Shown: positions 39,309 through 49,618, numbered from the stretch's first letter. The stretch is 64,000 nt of DNA from Candidatus Bathyarchaeia archaeon (GCA_050012255.1 JBEKHN010000001.1:320001-384000); one strand, 5' to 3'. Program-made: numbers and translations. Notes: generated from the sequence alone by a model not told the origin.

Positions 39309-40391
39309 ATGGAAAGACAACGATTGATCACGGTTTTATTAATCGCAGTCGTACTGTTGGTCCCAATGGTTCAACTGTTCTTGAAAACCTCATCTAGGAA
39401 TGTGTCGGCCCTCGAAACGACGATACCCATAGGACTGTACTGGGACGCAAACCTCACCAGACCAGTGGATCGAATCGACTGGGGGACTCTGGCGCTTGGC
39501 GAGGAAAAAAAGGTTGAAATTTACGTAAAGAACGAGGGAAACGAACCGTTCATTTTAACTCTCACGCCAGTGAACTGGCAAGGTGACAACACCTCAAACT
39601 GCATGACCTTCAGCTGCGAAAGGCCCAACATCAGACCAGGCGAAACCGTTCAAATCGCTCCAAGCCTACTAATATCCTCCAACGCTTCAGGACTCTCCAG
39701 TTTCAGCTTTGACATCGCCTTCTCGGAAGCCTCAATCACGATAGCCGATTTTGATACCTTTTTCTCCAACAACCCAAATGTAAGAATGATCTATCCTTCG
39801 GACAACTCCGACAAACCGCTCAACTGTAACGCGGCAATGGTGAGCGATTGGACAGCGTCAGCGTTCGTTTCCACAAAACTCACGAACTTTACGGAGGGAC
39901 TCGACACGAAGACTAGTTTTGTGAACCAAACCAACGGAAAACCAGTTGGCGCCTCAGGGACAGGCATAATAAGTTTTGGCGGTCCCATGGTAAACCTAGT
40001 TGTGATTTATGCAGAGAGTAACAACACTACCTTGCCCGATAAGGCACCCATCAAATTCCATAACGACAATGGACTTCTCTCCTTCCAATACTCGAATGGC
40101 TCAGCTGTTTCAGGGACAAGCATGCAGGGTGGAATCGTCAGCACAAATCAAGACATGTTTGTCATCGAAACATTCCAAGACGGAGGCGGCAGATACATCA
40201 TGCTGTGCTACGGCTTCGGATGGAAAGGAACGTATGCCGCAGGCAAGTATTTTTACACAATAATATACCCTAACCTCGGATCATACAATGAAGCCTGGAT
40301 CGTTGTAAAATGGGATGACACAAACAACAACGGATTCGTAAACGCTCCCGGCGACGGAGACACCTACACGATGATTGCAAAAGGCAACTAG
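39309..40391 (+). CDS. Secreted/S-layer-like protein
   Basis: N-terminal TM, IDWG.L..G...YVKNEGN Ig-like domain, GGP.VN and YG..W.GT.AA S-layer-type C-terminal domain. Confidence 0.7.
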   Translation: MERQRLITVLLIAVVLLVPMVQLFLKTSSRNVSALETTIPIGLYWDANLTRPVDRIDWGTLALGEEKKVEIYVKNEGNEPFILTLTPVNWQGDNTSNCMTFSCERPNIRPGETVQIAPSLLISSNASGLSSFSFDIAFSEASITIADFDTFFSNNPNVRMIYPSDNSDKPLNCNAAMVSDWTASAFVSTKLTNFTEGLDTKTSFVNQTNGKPVGASGTGIISFGGPMVNLVVIYAESNNTTLPDKAPIKFHNDNGLLSFQYSNGSAVSGTSMQGGIVSTNQDMFVIETFQDGGGRYIMLCYGFGWKGTYAAGKYFYTIIYPNLGSYNEAWIVVKWDDTNNNGFVNAPGDGDTYTMIAKGN

Positions 40392-40668
40392 CAAATGCGG
40401 CCGTGGCATTATCAAAGACTTTTCTCCAGTTGAACCAAAATGAACTGCAAACCAGCACGCGCTCTTAGTCACGCTGAAAGAAAAGACTATCAACTCAGCG
40501 AATAAAGGAAGGAACAGGAATATGGATCCATTAATAGAAAGAGTTCTCGACATTCTCAAGATGCTCCTGTCGGGCAGACTAATCAAGGAAATACGCCAAG
40601 TCAAACTGAAAATCAAGAATTGCATGACGGCTGAGCAAGACCAGCTCTCGGATAGAACGGGCCAAGAA

Positions 40669-41328
40669 ATGAAAGTGAGTATTGTGATACCCACATTAAA
40701 CGAATCCAAATTTATCTCTAATCCTCTCAAGTCGCTACAGGCAGGGCAATACTCTAACTACGAAGTCATAGTTGTGGACTGCATGAGTGAAGATGACACC
40801 GTAGAAAAAGCAAGAAGAGCTGGGGCACGAGTGCTGGTTTCCAGCAAGAAGAACGTTGGTTATCAGGTTCACCTGGGCTTTCTAGATGTCAAAGGCGACA
40901 TAATAATCAAAACAGACGCAGACACCATCTTTCCAAGAGATTTCCTCACAAAAACAGTAAAGGCATTCAAAAACCAAAAAACAATGATATACCACGCCGG
41001 CCACATCTACTACGACGGAAACATAATAATGAACTTGATGGCCCATCTCTACGACAAGTACTGGCGAAAGCCCTGGGCCACAACCGGACATTTCATCGCA
41101 GTAAGACGAGAAGCTTACGAAAAAGTCACCTTCAACCCTCTGCCCAAGAGTCAAGATTATGACTTCGGCCAAAGAGCCTATGACACGTTAGGTCCAGAAG
41201 CCTTCGCCTACAATCCAAATTCAACGGTACTCATCTCATCCAGAACAATAAAGAAACTAGGCCTACTAAGGTACGTACTCTACGGCGGCTCCTTCAGGAT
41301 AAGGGAGCGCGCGCATGCCTGTTCCTAA
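40669..41328 (+). CDS. Glycosyltransferase family 2; C-terminus runs into the MITE-like element
   Basis: SIVIPTLNE, EVIVVD..S.D.T, DAD. The stop codon lies inside the left TIR. Confidence 0.85.
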   Translation: MKVSIVIPTLNESKFISNPLKSLQAGQYSNYEVIVVDCMSEDDTVEKARRAGARVLVSSKKNVGYQVHLGFLDVKGDIIIKTDADTIFPRDFLTKTVKAFKNQKTMIYHAGHIYYDGNIIMNLMAHLYDKYWRKPWATTGHFIAVRREAYEKVTFNPLPKSQDYDFGQRAYDTLGPEAFAYNPNSTVLISSRTIKKLGLLRYVLYGGSFRIRERAHACS

Positions 41329-41466
41329 ATTCCGTCAGCATGTTAGCTTCTGCCGTTGGCTGCTTCAATCTGTTGACAGCTATGTAACTTTCGATGTGTG
41401 AATTATCGTCTACATACATGAACCAATCAGGCAGCTTTTGAAGGAACGAATTTAGGAACAAGCATG
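41314..41466. mobile_element. MITE-like element, 153 bp, 19-bp TIR CATGC(C/T)TGTTCCTAAATTC, flanked by CGCG on both sides
   Basis: Left TIR 41314-41332 and right TIR 41448-41466 differ by 1 mismatch. A third TIR copy is at 25563-25581. Confidence 0.8.
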
Positions 41467-41600
41467 CGCGCTACAACCTGAACTACAACGGTAATACTCT
41501 TTCAATCAGTTTGCAGGAGCTTCCGAATAGAAATCAGCGCGCGCTAGAGGTGCTAGGTGAGAAAAAGGAGGAGATTGGGGTAGTTTGTTTGGTTTTGCTG

Positions 41601-43622
41601 TCAACTTAATGTCCATGTCCAAGTGTCTGAGCTTATCAAGGCATTAGTTGTTGGGTTTCTTAATTCTGCGATCCATGTGTAGGTGCCGTGTGGAGCGGTG
41701 GGAATCGTGAACGAGTTCCAGAGGTAGGTGCCTGAGTTAAAGCTTGCGGGTAATGTAGTTGTCATGTCAAGCAATGGCCCATACGTGCCTCCGCCTGGTA
41801 GTCCAAGCTTTATTATGGCTCTGACAGGTGTGGCTGGACCTATGTTCCTAACCTGGACGTAAACGTACATTGTTTCTCCGATGGTGTAGGTGGCTTTGTT
41901 TGTCCAGATGTCGATCGAGGGAGTTTCATAGTATGCAGTGTATGTTCCAGCTGAACTGACCGTTATGGTCGTGCCCGTGCTGCCTGTGCTCCATTGTTTA
42001 AAGTGGTGACCCATCGCATCTTTACTTGGAACTGTGAAAGTGTGGGTTCCAGTCAAGCCTGTAAAGGTGTAAGCAGTATTGTAGCCCGTCGGCGAACCAT
42101 CCTTGGTAATGGGTACACTTACATATGCAGCTTCGGTATTGCAATAGGCATTAATAGTGGCAGAGTAGGTTGCCGTTGTGCCTGTGAGTACTATGTCGTC
42201 TAAGTATGCTCCTTCGTAGGTGACTGATAAGTCGCTGTGGAAGATGAAGCCAACATAAGTGGCAGTAGTGGGAATGGATACGCTGCTGTACAGCCAACCG
42301 CCAAGGTTGCCAGTGTGAGAATCAACGTAGTACCATACGCCGCCGCTATAGTACTCGACCCTAAGGGTGTCGAAGCCTGATTCGCTGTTGAGCCAATAGT
42401 AGTAGCTAAGCGTGGCAGAGCTGTAGGCACTCAGGTCGACCGCCCTATACATGTAAGCGTCCATGTAATTGTCATATTGATGTTGTACACTGTTAGCTAC
42501 GGTTGTTGTGCCTACTAGGCTTACATCGTCTATGTATGCTCCTTCGTAGCTGGCGATTATGGAGTCGCTGTAGAAGTAGAAGCCAACGTAAGTGGCAGTA
42601 GTGGGAATGGATACGCTGCTGTACTGCCAACCGCCACTGTTGCCAGTACGAGAATCAATGTAGTACCATGTGCTACCGGACCAGTACATGACCCTAAGGT
42701 AGTCGTAGCCTGATTCGCTATTGAGCCAATAGTAGTAGCTAAGCGTGGCAGAGCTGTAGGCACTCAGGCTAGCATATCTATACATGTAAGCGTTCATGTT
42801 AAGATCATACATGTGGACATTAGAGTTGTTTTTATATCCGTAAAGCTGCACGTCGTCTACGTATGCACCAATTAAACCAGAGATGCTAGAGTCGCTGTAG
42901 AAGCGGAAGCCAACATAAGTGGCAGTAGTAGGAATGGATACGCTGCTGTAGTACCAATAATTGCCGAGATCACCAGTATGTGTGTCGGCGTAAGTCCATG
43001 TGCTACCGGTCCAGTACATGACCTGAAGGTAGTCGTAGCCTGATTCGCATCTACAATAGTAATAATAGCTTAGATAGACAGTGGAGTAACCGCTAAGGCT
43101 AACTGGGATAGCTCTATACATGTAAGCGTTCATGTTATCGTCGTAATTGGTTGCATATGGATCCGGATAGCCGTTGCACCAACCACTCCAAGATCCCGCG
43201 TGAGCGCGTGCAGACACGTCATCCCAGTAGTCGTAACCGTTAAGAGAAGCCCAGTCGCCAACAGTCCACGCAGTTCCAGGGAAGGCACCCTCAAAAGTTT
43301 CAGTGAAAATTGTTGTCGCGGTTGTTTGACTTCCTACTTGTGCGCACCAGCCACTCCAAGATCCCGCGTGAGCTCTGTAGCTTGTGTCATCCCAGTAGTC
43401 ATAGCCGTTAACAGAATTCGAGTCGCCAACACTCCAAGCAGTTCCAGGGAAGGCACCCTCAAAACCTTCGCTGAACACTACTCCTGCGGGTTGAACATCT
43501 GTTGTTGCAACTCTAGATTCCTCTCCATTTACCTTTGCCTTTACTGCAAGAGACATTAGTGGCGCTGCTGCAATGAGCATCAGCAAAACCAACACAGATA
43601 ACAGAATCATTTTTCTTCTCAT
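41601..43622 (-). CDS. Secreted protein with internally repeated MAM/immune-inhibitor-like jelly-roll modules and C-terminal Ig-like domains
   Basis: GGAGGTG RBS, signal peptide, 2x FEGAFPGTAW...SGWC, 3x AYMYR...ESG.D.L.V...F.SD....GAY.DD. Confidence 0.8.
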   Translation of the reverse strand: MRRKMILLSVLVLLMLIAAAPLMSLAVKAKVNGEESRVATTDVQPAGVVFSEGFEGAFPGTAWSVGDSNSVNGYDYWDDTSYRAHAGSWSGWCAQVGSQTTATTIFTETFEGAFPGTAWTVGDWASLNGYDYWDDVSARAHAGSWSGWCNGYPDPYATNYDDNMNAYMYRAIPVSLSGYSTVYLSYYYYCRCESGYDYLQVMYWTGSTWTYADTHTGDLGNYWYYSSVSIPTTATYVGFRFYSDSSISGLIGAYVDDVQLYGYKNNSNVHMYDLNMNAYMYRYASLSAYSSATLSYYYWLNSESGYDYLRVMYWSGSTWYYIDSRTGNSGGWQYSSVSIPTTATYVGFYFYSDSIIASYEGAYIDDVSLVGTTTVANSVQHQYDNYMDAYMYRAVDLSAYSSATLSYYYWLNSESGFDTLRVEYYSGGVWYYVDSHTGNLGGWLYSSVSIPTTATYVGFIFHSDLSVTYEGAYLDDIVLTGTTATYSATINAYCNTEAAYVSVPITKDGSPTGYNTAYTFTGLTGTHTFTVPSKDAMGHHFKQWSTGSTGTTITVSSAGTYTAYYETPSIDIWTNKATYTIGETMYVYVQVRNIGPATPVRAIIKLGLPGGGTYGPLLDMTTTLPASFNSGTYLWNSFTIPTAPHGTYTWIAELRNPTTNALISSDTWTWTLS

Positions 43623-44255
43623 TCTTTTCACCTCCCTTCGCAGGCGCTATATTCATTCATGAAATAGCGGTAGCTTATTTGTGAATTAACAGATAAAAGT
43701 TTTATGTAGAACAGTGTTCTGTATGATTCTTCCATTCGGCAGCTTCGGCAACGTATAAACAGCTGCAGGCGGATAGTTCCCGCCCAAAATTGTGATGCTA
43801 AATAGCGCGCGCGCAGCCTCAAAACTAACTTTTCCCATTCTCTTAGACTATTTTTAATTTCGCGTGCTATGCGCAATTTCACAATTGACTTCAATGTGTA
43901 AATCTGTGGCTTCTGCTGGATTGGCACGCACGTTCTTGTAAATCATGGAAGATACAAATTGGATGAAAGTGATGTATATGTGGAAGGATAGGGGCTCATA
44001 TGCTCAACAGTAGTATAGAAACATACCACGAGCATAGAGAAGCATAAACTAGCACGCAACATCGTGCTACAATGGTCATACAATCTCGCCTTAGGTGTGG
44101 ATTCCACAAGACACAATTTTGTCCATTGTGGAATACAAGATTTCAAGCGCGCGCGCAGCAAAAGAGCGCGTGCGAAGTTTTCTATAGAAGACCTTTCTAT
44201 AGAATTACTCCTCGTATGGATATTAGGAAGATTGAGTAATAAAGTCTGGGTTGAA

Positions 44256-44471
44256 ATGAAAGTGCGCTGTGTATCTGAAGAAAACAAGATTCGTCTTGAA
44301 ATTGAAGAACGAGGAAGAATCAAGGTGTTGAGGCTGGAAGAGAAGCAGATTTGTTGGGAAGGGTTCAGAGAGCTGCGTGGAGAACTGGTACGTGGTGTCC
44401 CTAGACGGAATGGAAAAGACTGTCTAAAATACTGCCGCCATGAAGGCTGCGATTTTGGCAAACGCGGCTAA
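44256..44471 (+). CDS. Small hypothetical Cys-containing protein
   Basis: 71-aa ORF with coding-like composition, downstream of two TTCTATAGAA palindromes; no recognised family. Confidence 0.35.
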   Translation: MKVRCVSEENKIRLEIEERGRIKVLRLEEKQICWEGFRELRGELVRGVPRRNGKDCLKYCRHEGCDFGKRG

Positions 44472-44575
44472 GTGGAGCTACATTTTTGGATGCAAGCGAG
44501 CGCAATGATCCTTTCACTTGACTAGTTCCTTTATGAACAATCATGACGATGAAGAAATGAGAGCGGGGAACCACA

Positions 44576-45586
44576 TTGGAGTTTCTTGACAAAACCTCTT
44601 CGGAACACAGATTGGTTGAGGATTTCTTGCTGAAAGCGCTGAAATCGGGCGCGTCAGACGAGTTGTACGAGATTGTCAAACATCAGGTTGCAGCCGGCGG
44701 CAAACGAATCAGACCTGCGATGACCATATTGTGTTGCATGGCCGTTGGCGGAAAGAGTGAAGCTGCTATTCCTGCAGCCGCTGCGATCGAGTTGGTTCAC
44801 AATTACACGTTGATTTTCGATGACATAATAGACCGGTCTGAGTTGAGGAGAGGCTTGCCAACAGTCAGAGCAAAGTATGATAATGTTATGGCTATACTGG
44901 CTGGAATGCATTACAGAGAGGCAATTTTCGAAGCAGCAAAGCAGAGTCCGAGGCCGACAGAGATTGAAGAGATCTTGAGTAGTGCGCTCAGAAACATCAT
45001 CGAAGGAGAAAGGCTGGATATCTTGTTTGAACAAGCGGGGCGAGAAGCGGAATACATTCAAAAAATGATGTACAAGTCCATAAGTGAAAAGGACTATTTC
45101 GAAATGATCGGAAAGAAAACTGCCGCTTTGTTTGAGGCCGCCTGTAAGGTGGGAGGTGTTGTAGGCAACGGACCACCAGATCAAGTGGATGCATTATCAA
45201 GATTTGGCTGGAACTGCGGACTAGCTTTTCAGGTTACAGACGACTTGTTAGATATCACCGCAAAGAAGGAAGAATTGGGCAAAGAAATAGGAAAAGATAT
45301 CAAAGAGCACAAACTCGGAAACCTAGTCATTCTTCACAGTTTGAAAGAACTCTCTGAAGTCGAAAGGAACAGGCTTTTTGAAATATTGAGATCCCGCGTG
45401 ATTGGTGAGGCCGAAGTGAACGAAGCCATCAGAACTATATCTTCAACAAGCGCTGTCAAGCAGGTATGTAAGGTCTCTAAGGATTTTGCATCACGTGCAA
45501 GAACAAGCCTGAACATCCTTCCGATTTCTGAAGCGAAGAATACATTGTTGGAACTGGCAGTCTTCATAGATAGAAGGAGTTTCTGA
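44576..45586 (+). CDS. idsA: Polyprenyl diphosphate synthase (type-I GGPP synthase-like)
   Basis: GGKRIRP, FARM DDIID..RRG with Tyr at -5, KTA, SARM FQVTDDLLD. Confidence 0.9.
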   Translation: MEFLDKTSSEHRLVEDFLLKALKSGASDELYEIVKHQVAAGGKRIRPAMTILCCMAVGGKSEAAIPAAAAIELVHNYTLIFDDIIDRSELRRGLPTVRAKYDNVMAILAGMHYREAIFEAAKQSPRPTEIEEILSSALRNIIEGERLDILFEQAGREAEYIQKMMYKSISEKDYFEMIGKKTAALFEAACKVGGVVGNGPPDQVDALSRFGWNCGLAFQVTDDLLDITAKKEELGKEIGKDIKEHKLGNLVILHSLKELSEVERNRLFEILRSRVIGEAEVNEAIRTISSTSAVKQVCKVSKDFASRARTSLNILPISEAKNTLLELAVFIDRRSF

Positions 45587-45674
45587 TGCGCAGCGCACTA
45601 GAAGTGCGTGTTGAATCGCGCAATCTCACAAAAACTGAATACTGTGGGCACAAGGAAATATGGAGTGAAAACAG

Positions 45675-47006
45675 ATGAAGCTACTTAAGGTCAGCCTTAT
45701 GGTATTACTTTTGCTCGTTTCCTATTCGACTTTGCATGCTCCCATAAAAAATGCTTCTGCAAGCTCAAAGGAGAGCATCCAAATCTCTCCAGACGGGAAC
45801 GGAATCAGAATCGTTGTTGGAGATATTGAACTCTATTTCAATGCGAGCAATGGCGGAGAAATCACGGAATATTTCGATCTGACCGTTGATCCTTATCGTT
45901 CAAGAAATCTGGTAAACGTTAAATGGGCACCCTACTACAATCTTCTTCCGTTGTTCACGTCTTTGTTCTATAAGCCTCCCAACATCACGTTGGTTCTTTC
46001 GACTGGTGGGGATCGTAGTGCCAAGCTTTGGGTGATTAGTAACTCTAGCGAATACGTGATTCTACAGTCTTCTTCAAGGATCATCGGAAATGCGGGTGAA
46101 GTTGCCAAAGATGTTCACGGAGACACTATTTATGTGAATTCCACATGGATTGTACACGACACTGGTCTTGTCTCGGTTGAGAGAACTTTTCTTGTTCCAA
46201 GTTACGCGACTGTTCCTTCCGGGTGGAGATGGTATCCCTTTTACCTGACTAGGACGGCAGGCTTCGATTACAACGGGACCTTTTTCATGTTCAACACGAC
46301 ATACGCCCGCGCTTCAGTCGTTAACCAAGCCACATATAGAGACATGTTCAGCCTGTTCAGTGTTCTACCCAAGGACGCGGGGCACGTCTCGGGAGTTGCC
46401 TTGCCCTTTTCTAACACTAGCATCGGAGGAGATGGAACGCACAACATCCTCATCGCCTACAAATATGACGAATTGACGAGTGTCGATGAGTGGAGATCAG
46501 ACAACTACTATAGTCAAAGTAATAATGTAGTAGAAGGCGGCGCAGTACACGAGTTTAGTAAAGCTACGAACATTTCCACTCACACTTATCACATGATCGT
46601 CAATTTCACACGTCAGCCCATAGACGAGAAGAGAGTTCAGGACTTTGCAAACTACTATGCAGACAACCCATCTATCGCCTTGCCCATCGAATGTTCTGTC
46701 ACTGCAAACAAAGACCTCTACACGCCCGGGGACTACTATGCCTTCTATGGATCTGGAACATCACACTATGATTTGACGCGCCTCACCGCCAGACTCACCG
46801 TAATGAACAGCTCAAGCCGGATCGTGTATCGACGAGACTATGGACCAGCGAACACCCCTGCTGAACAAACCTTCAACGTGACACTGCTGACAGGAACCGC
46901 AGCTCCAAAGCCAGACAACTACACGGTTTCGTTTCAGATTTTCTCCCCGTTTGGAATAGTCATATCGTCGAGCAGCAAGGCAATCACAGTAACTACCGCA
47001 CTCTAA
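45675..47006 (+). CDS. Secreted hypothetical protein (beta-rich, many N-x-S/T sequons)
   Basis: Signal peptide and long clean ORF. Confidence 0.7.
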   Translation: MKLLKVSLMVLLLLVSYSTLHAPIKNASASSKESIQISPDGNGIRIVVGDIELYFNASNGGEITEYFDLTVDPYRSRNLVNVKWAPYYNLLPLFTSLFYKPPNITLVLSTGGDRSAKLWVISNSSEYVILQSSSRIIGNAGEVAKDVHGDTIYVNSTWIVHDTGLVSVERTFLVPSYATVPSGWRWYPFYLTRTAGFDYNGTFFMFNTTYARASVVNQATYRDMFSLFSVLPKDAGHVSGVALPFSNTSIGGDGTHNILIAYKYDELTSVDEWRSDNYYSQSNNVVEGGAVHEFSKATNISTHTYHMIVNFTRQPIDEKRVQDFANYYADNPSIALPIECSVTANKDLYTPGDYYAFYGSGTSHYDLTRLTARLTVMNSSSRIVYRRDYGPANTPAEQTFNVTLLTGTAAPKPDNYTVSFQIFSPFGIVISSSSKAITVTTAL

Positions 47007-47074
47007 CGAAAAGAGTTGGACGTACATCACAGTTACAGAGGGAAGGTACTGCACCGACCACCCAGTATTAATCA

Positions 47075-48286
47075 GTGCCAGAAAAGAGGAAAATCACCTT
47101 GGAAAAATATGACGTGGTGATCATTGGAGGAGGAATCGCCGGACTCTCCACTGCTCTACCTATATGCAGGAAGACCGATGTGAAGCTTCTCCTCGTCGAG
47201 AAAGGTCCTATTGGAGACCCAACAAAGACTTCGCCCTTCACTTTTCCAGACGTAGTTGAACGTTTCCAACTATCTGACGCTGTGCTCCAGAAATACAAAC
47301 GATTCACCTATAGATCCCCGACTGGGGTCACTGCGTCTTTTGAATATGAAAGCCCTGCCTTCGTAACCTTGGACTACCAGAAAGCTTGCGGTATAATGCT
47401 TAAAATGATGTTAAAGGAAGGCAATGCGGCCGTAATGGAAAACACTGAAGCCCTTGACTTGGAAGCAAGCAAAACTGACCTGAAACTGGCCCTTTCAAAC
47501 TCGAAGAGTGTTGTATGCAATGTTTTGGTCGATGCATCAGGAAGCAACTTCTTCATATCGCGTAAACTTCGAACCAAGCTTCCTACACTTTACAGCCACC
47601 CCTACGGCGAGTTTCTTGAAGGATGCGAAATTGAAGATCCAGAGGAAATGTGCATCTTTTCTGGCAACAAATACGGAAATGGTGGGGGATGGATGTACCC
47701 CATCGACAGGAAGACAGCGCGGTTCGGCTTTGCAACAGTTACCCGATCAAGTGTTTATCCAAGGGACATTGTCGAAAAAAACTTCAGAGAAGCAATCAGA
47801 AACTTCTATCCTTATAACGAGATGCTATCAGGCGCCCAGAGAAGAAGATCAGAATTTGGAACAATACCCTTTGGCCCCATCAATAATCTTGCGCATAGGC
47901 AATTCCTGATTGTCGGAGACGCCGCAGGTCAAGCAACACCATGGTACGGTGAAGGAGTACGACCTGCCTTGGAAAGCGGCGAGATGTGCGGCAAAACCAT
48001 TGCTGAGGCCTATCAAAATGGACAACTTAACGCCAGAACCTTAAACAACTACCAGCGCTTATGGGACGCCAAAAACAGAAAAACGTATTCAAACCGTACA
48101 AGAGCTGGCTTCAGATCATACTTCAGAAATCAAGAACAGTGGGACAATTCCGTCAGATACCAAGCTTCGCTAGCACCCCAAGAAATGATGGCTATAATCA
48201 GATATGGCAAATGGCCAACCTCTCAATCAAACATACTTCTTCGGTTTTATCACCGCATGCGCAGTGTCATAGGCCTATCGCAATAA
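47075..48286 (+). CDS. FAD-dependent geranylgeranyl reductase/lycopene cyclase-like oxidoreductase
   Basis: YDVVIIGGGIAG, DASG, GGGWMYP, VGDAAG..P..GEG...A..SG. Confidence 0.85.
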   Translation: MPEKRKITLEKYDVVIIGGGIAGLSTALPICRKTDVKLLLVEKGPIGDPTKTSPFTFPDVVERFQLSDAVLQKYKRFTYRSPTGVTASFEYESPAFVTLDYQKACGIMLKMMLKEGNAAVMENTEALDLEASKTDLKLALSNSKSVVCNVLVDASGSNFFISRKLRTKLPTLYSHPYGEFLEGCEIEDPEEMCIFSGNKYGNGGGWMYPIDRKTARFGFATVTRSSVYPRDIVEKNFREAIRNFYPYNEMLSGAQRRRSEFGTIPFGPINNLAHRQFLIVGDAAGQATPWYGEGVRPALESGEMCGKTIAEAYQNGQLNARTLNNYQRLWDAKNRKTYSNRTRAGFRSYFRNQEQWDNSVRYQASLAPQEMMAIIRYGKWPTSQSNILLRFYHRMRSVIGLSQ

Positions 48287-48354
48287 TAAGGTTCGCGTAA
48301 CCGCCTACTCGACAGACTTAGCATAAGTACGCCTCTTGAATCTGTGGATGCAAA

Positions 48355-49458
48355 ATGACAAACAAACCCGCACGAATTGTCATTCTGTGGAACGTCAAGA
48401 GAATTCTAGGCAAGATGAGGGAAATGCTGTTCTATAAGAAGCTTGACTGGAATTTCATAAGCAAACCCCTGAAAGAAGACCCCAGTGAACTCTTCAACAT
48501 CCATCGCCCCACCATTGAAGATTATGGGTTGAGGTACCGTGTTGATGGAAAGGCTAAGACCTGCTATGACTGGTGGTACTCCGCCATTCTCAAAGACACA
48601 GAAGAAAAACTCTATTTCTTCATTCTTGCCTTTCATCCAAAATGGAGCTTCTTCAGAATCATCCGAACAAACATGCGCGCGCGCGCTAAGCAGAATTCTC
48701 TTCCCAAATTTCCTGGTCTTGGATGTGACTTCCATGAGAAAATTGGTTATTCTGAACACGACGAAGCGATTGACATATGGGTTTCGAAAATCACAAAACC
48801 AGAATCTTCAAAGAGAACATTTGCGAGAGTTACTATCAAACCTTGCAAGAGCCACCTGATTTTGAAAACAGACGACATGACTCTGGATCTGAATTTTACC
48901 AGTCTAGGCATGCCTTTCTGGATAAACAGGGGACGCGAAGCGATATGCTCCCCCAAAGGTGATTCAATGAGTGGATTCTATGACGTTTCCCAAATTGAAG
49001 GTTCTCTCAAGCATCTAGCAGAGAAAACAGCAATCAGTGGTGTTGGCATTAACGAGCATCTGATGTCGTTCATCCCCCCTGAACGTTTCTGGAAAAGGAT
49101 AGACGGTATTTTCTTCTGCACCGACCAGGTCTACTGTGCAATATGGTACCTAGAAAACCAAATCGAAGCAAGACGTTTCGAGTACAAAGACGGTGCAGTT
49201 TTCATCCGAGCAACCCAAGAATACCTAATACCAATAGATCTGAATGTCGAATACCTAGAATTTGACAACCACAAACAGGTCCCTATAAAGATTCGCATCC
49301 AAGTAGATACAACAAAGGGAAAGTTGAACGCAGTGGCAGAGGCTATAGCCGAGACAGAAAAGCAGTTAGCGCTTAAGATCACAGACGGCAACTTCATTTT
49401 TGAAGATGGAAGAAGATTGAGGCTGACAAACGGTTACGGTCAGCACGCTTTACATTAG
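48355..49458 (+). CDS. Putative CrtC/tocopherol cyclase/AttH-like double beta-barrel protein
   Basis: YDWWY N-terminal motif, G.G..EH, WK, ..P....I, terminal GYG. Family assignment is by pattern only. Confidence 0.55.
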   Translation: MTNKPARIVILWNVKRILGKMREMLFYKKLDWNFISKPLKEDPSELFNIHRPTIEDYGLRYRVDGKAKTCYDWWYSAILKDTEEKLYFFILAFHPKWSFFRIIRTNMRARAKQNSLPKFPGLGCDFHEKIGYSEHDEAIDIWVSKITKPESSKRTFARVTIKPCKSHLILKTDDMTLDLNFTSLGMPFWINRGREAICSPKGDSMSGFYDVSQIEGSLKHLAEKTAISGVGINEHLMSFIPPERFWKRIDGIFFCTDQVYCAIWYLENQIEARRFEYKDGAVFIRATQEYLIPIDLNVEYLEFDNHKQVPIKIRIQVDTTKGKLNAVAEAIAETEKQLALKITDGNFIFEDGRRLRLTNGYGQHALH

Positions 49459-49618
49459 TCATGTGCTTCTGCTTAGGAATTCCGGCTACCTGAGAGAGCA
49501 AAGTCGCCATCGTAATATAGTCTCAGGCAGCCCGCGCGCTTTCAGTTGTCTGGAAAATGTTATAAACCCGCGCTTTTTTCTTTTCATTTCACTAGTGTAA
49601 AGAATAGAGGTGAGGCTA

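Noticed and set aside
40522-40668. 49-aa N-terminal extension of the GT2
   Set aside because: The canonical GT2 start is MKVSIVIP at 40669. The extension is probably unrelated sequence following the motif at 40454.
42200-43100. Near-identical repeats as a DGR template/variable pair
   Set aside because: All copies are coding within one ORF, differences are not adenine-specific, and there is no reverse transcriptase in the window.
48660-48688. GAACAAACATG-CGCG as a fourth TIR remnant
   Set aside because: Only about 10 bp of similarity, and it lies inside an uninterrupted reading frame, so it may be chance.
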